From an uncultured Coriobacteriia bacterium (GTDB lineage: Bacteria; Actinomycetota; Coriobacteriia; Anaerosomatales; PALSA-660): a DNA stretch of 59,071 nucleotides. Positions 52,903-59,071 of this stretch are shown here, in pieces; within the stretch, counting starts at the first letter, position 1, and every line of letters begins with the position of its first letter. The DNA lies in contig CAIKZH010000014.1 in the NCBI GenBank assembly GCA_903831865.1, positions 1-59,071 on the forward strand, written 5' to 3'. The notes beneath the pieces are model-generated. The model was not told the origin of the DNA and made no database searches. It saw nothing but the letters and a program-made list of their open reading frames with translations. The position numbers and the translations under genes are program-made.

Positions 52903-55900
52903 ATGATGTTCAAGGCATGCAAGATCTGGCTCTCGGCGGCGCTGCTGATGGTCCTCATGTTCTTCGGGGCGAGCGTCGCGGTGGCCGCTGTCACAAGCAT
53001 CAGTCCGACCTCTGCTAACGAGGGAGGAGCGAGCTTCACGCTCACGGTCAACGGCTCCAGCTTCACCAGCACGTCGCAAGTCGCCTGGACGCCCACCGGG
53101 GGCACCGCTACCCAGCTGTCGAGGCTCTCCCAGTCGACGTCGAGGTTGACTGCCACTGTGCCCGCCTCGCTCATCGCCGAGGAGGGCACGGCCGGGGTCA
53201 CAGTGACTGGACCTGGTGCGGGCGGTCCCCTGACGTTCACCGTCAACGATGTGCAACTGACCGGCCTGGTCGACGCCAACCTTCCGGCGACCGGGGTCGA
53301 GGGCACTGTCATCGGCCCTATCACCTCCATCGCCATCTTCACCGATCCGGGGGGCGTGGGGTCCGAACCGCTGACCGACTTCACAGCGACGGTCAACTGG
53401 GGTGACTCGACCACCTCATCCGGGACTGTGGTCTCGTTGGGCGGCGGAAGCTACCGCGTCGACGCGCCAGCCCATACCTATGTCGACGAGGGCATCTTCA
53501 CAGAGAACGTGACCCTCAAGCATGACGCCCTGGCGGCGGTCACCACCCCAGGCCAGATCATCACGGTGGCCGATGCCGACGTCGTCACGGCGAACTCCGG
53601 CGTCTCGATCACGCCCACGGAAGGCACCGCGTACTCCGGCCCCATCGCGACCTTCAACGACACCTACTTGGGCGCGACAGCCAGTGACTTCAAGCTCACA
53701 AGCATCAACTGGGGCGACGGCACTACCGACACGAACGGCACGGTGGGCTTCACCAGCGGCCTGATCACCGTCAACGGCACCCACACGTACACAGATGAGG
53801 GTCCAGCGACGACCGTGAGGGCCTCGACCACCACCACGGTTCCCGCCAGCGGTACCTACACGATCCCGGTGATAAACAGCGGCACCGCCAACTTCCCCTC
53901 CGCGGGGACCATCACGGTCATCACGAGCAGCGGTCCAGCGACCGTGACCTATACCGGTAAGACCACAGGGACCAATGCGACCACCTTCACGGGATGTTCC
54001 GGCGGCACCGCGGGCAGCACGATCTCTGGCGGGACCGTGATCTCGCAGCAAGGCTATGTGGTTGTCGTCACGCTGGCGCCGGCTGACCTGCAAGACACGT
54101 GGGCGCCAGTGACGGCCTCTAGCACGGCCGCCGTGGCGGACGCGGACGTCTTGACGCTGAAACTGTATCCTGCGGGCCCTATCGGCTGGTCCGAAGGCAA
54201 GGCGCCCTCCTCCAACCCCTCTGCGAGCTTCACTGATAGCTACACAGGCGCCAGCGGCGCCGACTTCTCAGCCACCATCGACTGGGGAGACGGTAGTCCG
54301 CTCACGACGTCCTCGTCGGTCTCTGGCTCGGCGGGCTCCTACACCATCAACTGGCCGGGCTTCCACACCTACGCGCACGCCGGTCTCTACACCTACACGG
54401 TCCGCGTCTACGAGGACAACGTGGGCGGCGCGCTCCTGGCGACCGGGACGAACACTGTCACCGTGGGCGATGCACCCTCTGTCGGGTACTACCAGACGAA
54501 CACCACCATCGCGTCAACCTCCAATGGAGCCGTCCTGCCAACGGCGACGATCAACGTTGCGTACGGGTTCAACTTCCCGACCTCGGGGTCACTCGTGGTC
54601 GTCTCGAGCAACGGACCTCAGGTTGTGGACTACACAGGCAGGACAGGTAGCACCTTCACCGGATGCACCGGAGGAACGGGCAAGCTCTCGACCGGAGGCG
54701 CGGTCACGGCCACGTTCAAGACCATCGAGGGGAGTTCGAGCGGCACGGTAACGGTCGGGCACTGGGTCGAGGGCGACAGCAACACATACCTCCCCAACGC
54801 CGCGGGTGACTGGACGGCGACGATCCACTGGGGTGACAACACCACGAGCACCGGCACGGTGACCCAGGTCCCCGGCACGACCACGCCCCCTCAGTTCTAC
54901 GTGAGCGGCAGCCACACCTACGCGGAGGAGGGCACCTACTCGGTTTCCTACGATGCGGTCGACTACGCGGGACTCACTCTCCTCAGCTCCACGACCATCA
55001 ACCAAGCACTGACGGCAACGGTGGCCGACCTGCAGCTCACCAGCCTGGCAAGCGCCAACCTGCCGGCCAGCGGAGTCGAGGGCAGCGCCATCGGACCGGT
55101 CACTTCCATCGCCACCTTCAGTGATCCCGCTGGTCCCGAGCTCATCGGCGACTACGCCGCCACCGTGAACTGGGGCGACTCAACCACCTCGGCCGGCACC
55201 ATCGTGTCGCTCGGCGGCGGCAACTACGAGGTCGACGCTCCTGACCACACCTACGCCGAAGAGGGCACCTACACCGTCAACGTGACCCTCACGCACGACC
55301 TGCTCGCACCGCTCACCACACCCAGCCAGACCATCGTGGTGACCGACGCGCAGCTCACGAGTCTGGCAAGCGCCAACCTGCCGGCTACGGGCGTCGAGGG
55401 CAGCCCGATCGGGGCGGTCACATCCATCGCCACCTTCAGCGACCCTGCGGGCATCGGTCTCGAGACGCTCGCCGACTACTCGGCGACGGTCAACTGGGGC
55501 GACGCCAGCACCTCGGCGGCCACCGTCGTGTCGCTCGGCGGCGGCAACTACGAGGTCGACGCTCCTGACCACACCTACGCCGAAGAGGGCACCTACACCG
55601 TCAACGTGACCCTCACTCACGACCTGCTCGCACCGCTCACCACTCCCGACCAGACGATCGCGGTGGCTGATCCGGCGGTGTCGCTCACCGGCGTGGCTCC
55701 TCTCACGACGGCCTACGGCACGGCGCTTGGGACGCACGACCTGGCCGCGTTCATCGACCCTGCAGGGCCGGAAGCCAATGACGGCACGCACTACTCCGCG
55801 GCGATCGACTGGGGCGGGAGCTTCGGCGTCAGCCTCGGGTCGATCTCCTTCTCAGCCGGCACCTTCACCGTCAGCGGAGCGATTCCGTACACCGATCCCG

Positions 55901-56322
55901 GCAGCTACACCCCGACCGTCACCGTGACCCATGAGAACAGCCAGATCCAGGTCGTGACAGACGCTGTGACGGTCAATCCGATCATCGTGCCGACTGCAGG
56001 CCCCGGCGGCTCGATCTCGCCGAACACGACACAGACGGTGGTCTACGGCTCCGATTCGGCGACCTTCACGATCACTCCGAACACCGGCTATCGCATCGCC
56101 GATGTGCTGGTGGACGGCGTGAGCCATGGCCCGATCACGAGTTACAAGTTCACCGGTGTCACCGCGAACCACACGATCGCCGCCAACTTCGCGATCAACA
56201 CCTACACGCTGTCCTACTCCGCCGCCACCGGCGGCTCGATCGCCGGCTCCTCGACCCAGGTCGTGAACTACAACGCCTCCGGCACCACGGTCACAGCCAC
56301 ACCCTCGACCGGCTCTTCGTGA
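52903..56322 (+). CDS. Giant secreted surface protein, part 1 (IPT/TIG-like, 7 PKD-like modules, first InlB-B-type repeats). It ends at a frameshift-generated TGA
   Basis: ATG 52903 lies after GGGAGGG. Signal peptide (LLMVLMFFGASVAVAAV). Seven modules carry (N/D/H)WGD...H.Y..EG.Y. The reading frame ends inside a repeat where 4 nt are missing relative to the next copy. Confidence 0.8.
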   Translation: MMFKACKIWLSAALLMVLMFFGASVAVAAVTSISPTSANEGGASFTLTVNGSSFTSTSQVAWTPTGGTATQLSRLSQSTSRLTATVPASLIAEEGTAGVTVTGPGAGGPLTFTVNDVQLTGLVDANLPATGVEGTVIGPITSIAIFTDPGGVGSEPLTDFTATVNWGDSTTSSGTVVSLGGGSYRVDAPAHTYVDEGIFTENVTLKHDALAAVTTPGQIITVADADVVTANSGVSITPTEGTAYSGPIATFNDTYLGATASDFKLTSINWGDGTTDTNGTVGFTSGLITVNGTHTYTDEGPATTVRASTTTTVPASGTYTIPVINSGTANFPSAGTITVITSSGPATVTYTGKTTGTNATTFTGCSGGTAGSTISGGTVISQQGYVVVVTLAPADLQDTWAPVTASSTAAVADADVLTLKLYPAGPIGWSEGKAPSSNPSASFTDSYTGASGADFSATIDWGDGSPLTTSSSVSGSAGSYTINWPGFHTYAHAGLYTYTVRVYEDNVGGALLATGTNTVTVGDAPSVGYYQTNTTIASTSNGAVLPTATINVAYGFNFPTSGSLVVVSSNGPQVVDYTGRTGSTFTGCTGGTGKLSTGGAVTATFKTIEGSSSGTVTVGHWVEGDSNTYLPNAAGDWTATIHWGDNTTSTGTVTQVPGTTTPPQFYVSGSHTYAEEGTYSVSYDAVDYAGLTLLSSTTINQALTATVADLQLTSLASANLPASGVEGSAIGPVTSIATFSDPAGPELIGDYAATVNWGDSTTSAGTIVSLGGGNYEVDAPDHTYAEEGTYTVNVTLTHDLLAPLTTPSQTIVVTDAQLTSLASANLPATGVEGSPIGAVTSIATFSDPAGIGLETLADYSATVNWGDASTSAATVVSLGGGNYEVDAPDHTYAEEGTYTVNVTLTHDLLAPLTTPDQTIAVADPAVSLTGVAPLTTAYGTALGTHDLAAFIDPAGPEANDGTHYSAAIDWGGSFGVSLGSISFSAGTFTVSGAIPYTDPGSYTPTVTVTHENSQIQVVTDAVTVNPIIVPTAGPGGSISPNTTQTVVYGSDSATFTITPNTGYRIADVLVDGVSHGPITSYKFTGVTANHTIAANFAINTYTLSYSAATGGSIAGSSTQVVNYNASGTTVTATPSTGSS
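55030..55671 (+). repeat. Intragenic tandem duplication, 2 copies (318 and 324 nt) of a PKD-like module
   Basis: Copy A spans 55030-55347 and copy B 55348-55671. Long stretches are identical (e.g. GGCGGCGGCAACTACGAGGTCGACGCTCCTGACCACACCTACGCCGAAGAGGGCACCTACACCGTCAACGTGACCCTCAC). A 6-nt indel accounts for the length difference. Confidence 0.85.
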
Positions 56323-57735
56323 GCTGGTCCGACGGCGTGCTCACCGCCTCGCGCCAGGACACCAACGTGACGGCGAACCTCTCGGTGACCGCGAACTTCG
56401 CCATCAACACCTACACGCTGTCCTACTCCGCCGCCACCGGCGGCTCGATCGTCGGCTCGTCGACCCAAGTCGTCAGCTACGGCTCCAGCGGCACCACGGT
56501 CACGGCCACGCCGTCCACCGGCTACCACTTCGTGAGCTGGTCCGACGGCGTGGCCACGGCCTCGCGCCAGGACACCAACGTGACGGCGAACCTCTCCGTG
56601 ACCGCGAACTTCGCCATCAACACCTACGCGGTCACCGCGAGTGCCGGTGCCAACGGTTCCGCTTCGCCGGCGAGCCAGGTCGTGACCTACGGCGCCAACG
56701 CGACGGTCACGGTCACCCCGGCCGTCGGCTATCACATCGCCACGATCACTGTGGACGGAAGCCCGGTCGCGGCGAATAGCCCGGTCCTCTTCACCAACGT
56801 GACAGCCGGCCACGTTGTGGCGGCCACCTTCGCCGTCAACACGTTTGCGATCACGCCGACTTCTGGGGCGGGCGGATCCGTCACTCCGTCGACGGTCCAG
56901 ACCGTGCCCTATGGCGGTAGCGCGACGTTCCAGATCACGCCGAACGCGGGGTTCAGGATCGGGACAGTGGTGATCGACGGAACGAACATCGGCACCCCGA
57001 CCAGCTACACGTTCGCCAACGTGAGTGCCACTCATACGATCTCGGCGACATTCGTCCAGGCCTTCACGATCACTGTGAGCTCCGGTGCGAACGGCACGAT
57101 CTCGCCAGGCACTCAGACGTTGGACGTCGGGAGTCAGATGGCCTTCGCCGTCGTCCCGAACGCCGGCTACCACATCGCCACGCTCACGGTGGATTCTGTC
57201 TCGATCGCTCCCACCGGCACTGTGGTGTTCAACAACCTCAGCGCGAACCACACGCTGTCGGCCACGTTCGCGCCGGACGTCATCAGCGTGACGACCACCT
57301 ACACGATCACCGCTGCGGCGGGCGCCAACGGAGTCGTTTCGCCGCTGTCTCAGACGGTGAACTCCGGCGACAACGCGACCGTGACGGTCACTCCGAACAC
57401 GGGCTATCACATCGCAGCGATCCTCGTCGACGGTTCGCCCACGACGGCGGTCAGCCCCGTGGTCCTCACGAACGTGACGGCGCCGCACACGGTGTCCGCG
57501 ACGTTCGCCATCAACACCTATTCGCTGGCTCCGACAGCGGGTCCCAACGGCACGATATCGCCCTCGACGACCCAGACGGTGGACTACGGAGCCACCGCGA
57601 CCTTCACGATCACTCCGAACGTGGGCTACCACATCGCGACGGTCACCGTCGACGGATCGCCGGTCGCGGCCACGAGTCCGATGGTGCTCAGCAACGTGAC
57701 GGCGGACCATACGGTCGTGGTCACGTTCTCTGCGA
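55975..57735 (+). repeat. Array of about 8 InlB-B-repeat-type coding modules (about 70-80 aa each). Copies 56194-56402 and 56403-56615 are nearly identical
   Basis: Recurrent pattern N(T)Y.(L/V/I)....G.GGS(I/V).(P/G)S..Q.V.YG...T.T.TP..GY.I....VDG. The period of the two best copies is 213 nt (209 nt in the copy carrying the deletion). Confidence 0.8.
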
Positions 57736-58061
57736 CGCCCAAGGTCAACACGACGGTCACCATCCAGTCAGACAGCTACAGCGTCGCATTCCCGCACACC
57801 TTCATCCTGACCGGGCTGCTTACGCCCGGAGCGTACCTCGACCCCGTTGTCGTCGAGGTCCAGAAGCCGAACCAGTCTCCGTCCGTTCCGTGGAGTTACT
57901 CGTCGAACCGCCTGTGCTACGAGACCGTGGGCGGTTCAGGGCATTGGTGGTACCGCTACGCGCCTCTCCTGCGCGGCACATACCACTTCCGCGCACGGTT
58001 CCTGGGTGACGCCACTCGCAACCCCAGCGTCTCCTCTGTGATCGCAGTGGTCGTGCACTAG
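56319..58061 (+). CDS. Giant secreted surface protein, part 2 (continuation in the -1 frame: InlB-B-type repeats plus the shared C-terminal domain)
   Basis: The track ORF begins at GTG 56319, but the sequence FVSWSDGV... continues the interrupted repeat. There is no signal peptide or RBS of its own. Confidence 0.7.
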   Translation: MSWSDGVLTASRQDTNVTANLSVTANFAINTYTLSYSAATGGSIVGSSTQVVSYGSSGTTVTATPSTGYHFVSWSDGVATASRQDTNVTANLSVTANFAINTYAVTASAGANGSASPASQVVTYGANATVTVTPAVGYHIATITVDGSPVAANSPVLFTNVTAGHVVAATFAVNTFAITPTSGAGGSVTPSTVQTVPYGGSATFQITPNAGFRIGTVVIDGTNIGTPTSYTFANVSATHTISATFVQAFTITVSSGANGTISPGTQTLDVGSQMAFAVVPNAGYHIATLTVDSVSIAPTGTVVFNNLSANHTLSATFAPDVISVTTTYTITAAAGANGVVSPLSQTVNSGDNATVTVTPNTGYHIAAILVDGSPTTAVSPVVLTNVTAPHTVSATFAINTYSLAPTAGPNGTISPSTTQTVDYGATATFTITPNVGYHIATVTVDGSPVAATSPMVLSNVTADHTVVVTFSATPKVNTTVTIQSDSYSVAFPHTFILTGLLTPGAYLDPVVVEVQKPNQSPSVPWSYSSNRLCYETVGGSGHWWYRYAPLLRGTYHFRARFLGDATRNPSVSSVIAVVVH

Positions 58062-58092
58062 CTGCAGAGGCATCAGAGAAGTCACTGCCCAC

Positions 58093-58131
58093 GCGGAGGG
58101 CCCCGGACCTGTCAGGTCCGGGGCCCTCCGC
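58093..58131. terminator. Strong hairpin between convergent genes (likely bidirectional terminator)
   Basis: GCGGAGGGCCCCGGACC (58093-58109), loop TGTCA, GGTCCGGGGCCCTCCGC (58115-58131). This is a perfect 17-bp stem, 32 nt after the stop of the giant protein. Confidence 0.7.
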
Positions 58132-58247
58132 AGGTCGTGCCATGAGAGTGCCGCGCGAGCAGGGGCGGAGTACGGCGGCGAGATTCAGTCGGTCCTGACC
58201 GGTCTGGTCCCACAGGTCCGGATCGCAAGGCCGCGGGAGTGGATTGT

Positions 58248-59071
58248 TCAGCCGCGGAACGCTCCGGTGAGAGACGTCACCCGGTAGCCGCGCGCGTGCA
58301 GCACTTCGAGGATGTGAGGGAGCGCCCGGACCGAGGCCGGGTTCGTCTCGTGGAGCACGATGATCGCGCCGGGATGTGCGTGCTCCAGGACCTTGGCCGC
58401 GATCATCGTCGGCGTGAAGGCAGCCACGGTGTCCTCGCCCGGATCGTCCCAGTAGACGTAGCGGGTGTGCAGGGCCTTGATGGCGTCGAGGCCCGTCTGA
58501 TCGAGCCAGCCGCCTTCCGGCCGCACCCACACGGGCCTGACGCCCACCTCTGACGCGAAGACGTCCTGCGTGCGGGAGATCTGCGCCTCGTCCCACACGA
58601 GCCCGTGGCCGATCAGCGACACGTGGCGGCACGTGTGGTTCCCGATCTCGGAGCCCTGGTCGAGTATCGCCTGCAGCTTCGCCTTCTTGCCCTGGGCCCG
58701 CACTCCGATGCAGAAGAACGTCGCGTGTGCGTCGTAGCGTGCCAGCACCTGCAGGACGGCGGTGGTGTTCTTCGACGGGCCGTCGTCGAAGGTGAGCGCG
58801 ATCTGGCGCGTGCCCGTGGGGACCGACTCGATCCCCTGCGACAGGACCCATGTTGGCGGAGCCAGTCGTGCGGCCTTGCGCGCGAGCAGAGACGACTCCC
58901 TCGCTGCCTCGTCGGCGGTCGCCTCGCGAGCCGCGACCGGCTTCGGCGCGACGGCGGGAGCCGGCGGCTTCGGCGTGGTGGTCGCCGCGCGGCTCACCTG
59001 CGCCACGGCCGTGAGCGACGCCTGCGCGGCGACCGCGGGGGCTATCGCGCACGCCGCGAGGACCCCCGCCG
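58248..59071 (-). CDS. Polysaccharide deacetylase (NodB-homology, CE4), N-terminus runs off the window
   Basis: IALTFDDGP, EIGNHTCRH and ATFFCIG are NodB motifs. The frame stays open upstream of the track start (59006) to the window edge and reads like a signal peptide (GVLAACAIAPAVAAQASLTA). Confidence 0.8.
   Translation of the reverse strand, partial: AGVLAACAIAPAVAAQASLTAVAQVSRAATTTPKPPAPAVAPKPVAAREATADEAARESSLLARKAARLAPPTWVLSQGIESVPTGTRQIALTFDDGPSKNTTAVLQVLARYDAHATFFCIGVRAQGKKAKLQAILDQGSEIGNHTCRHVSLIGHGLVWDEAQISRTQDVFASEVGVRPVWVRPEGGWLDQTGLDAIKALHTRYVYWDDPGEDTVAAFTPTMIAAKVLEHAHPGAIIVLHETNPASVRALPHILEVLHARGYRVTSLTGAFRG

Noticed and set aside
55030-57735. Regularly spaced direct repeats that could superficially suggest a CRISPR-like or satellite array
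   Set aside because: The periods (318/324 nt and about 213-240 nt) are multiples of 3 and lie entirely inside one long reading frame. The units encode PKD-like and InlB-B-type protein modules. There are no short conserved repeats separated by unique spacers, and no cas genes.
1-59071. Search for mobile elements, prophage remnants, tRNA/rRNA genes and defence systems
   Set aside because: No integrase, transposase, recombinase, terminal inverted repeats, tRNA-like T-arm sequences, restriction-modification, toxin-antitoxin or cas-like genes were recognisable. Composition and codon bias look uniform across the window, so I have no basis to call an island boundary.

Overview
GC-rich, gene-dense chromosomal window with about 60 protein genes, many GTG/TTG starts and several 4-nt start/stop overlaps. 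I recognised no rRNA, tRNA, CRISPR array, transposase or integrase. The gene content (PASTA, DUF4012, paired TrkA, S8/NlpC-type surface enzymes, HdrD/DsrK-like, NifX-like and Fe-S MinD-like proteins) suggests an anaerobic high-GC Gram-positive (Actinomycetota-like) organism; this is inference only.
Layout:
- 1-7.7 kb: envelope genes (PBP tail, pilin-like protein, BNR propeller, GT2, bactofilin-like membrane protein).
- 7.7-12.7 kb: ion transport (2x TrkA, Ca/Mg-type P-type ATPase) and signal peptidase I.
- 12.9-17.5 kb: copper module (two cupredoxin-like proteins and CopA).
- 18.0-21.3 kb: ArsR-DsrE2-TusA-DsrM/DsrK-like sulfur-relay/membrane redox unit.
- 21.4-30.1 kb: about 15 co-directional, tightly packed genes. 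An ars-like front end (ArsR, Trx-like protein, PF03773-type permease, two small permease-like paralogs, ArsD/Trx-fold protein) is joined to PadR, a 17-codon mini-ORF, 2x NifX-like, 2x MinD-type ATPase with ferredoxin inserts, Mrp/NBP35, and a MOCOS-type class V PLP enzyme.
- 30.5-36.8 kb: small mixed genes and RecQ.
- 36.9-59 kb: secreted/surface proteins (NlpC/P60-like, S8 protease, GH26, a ~1,700-aa PKD/InlB-B-repeat protein, polysaccharide deacetylase) interleaved with c-di-GMP enzymes, DUF4012 and a J-domain/PASTA pair.
Main leads:
1. The uncharacterised NifX-like/MinD-FeS/Mrp/desulfurase module.
2. A candidate selenoprotein (in-frame UGA followed by a SECIS-like hairpin) immediately upstream of that module.
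3. An unannotated mini-ORF coupled to the first NifX-like gene.
4. A duplicated 24-nt operator-like inverted repeat.
5. A 4-nt deletion frameshift inside a near-perfect tandem repeat of the giant surface protein.
6. A C-terminal domain of about 100 aa shared by three secreted proteins.
All family calls come from motif recognition by eye and need HMM or BLAST confirmation.
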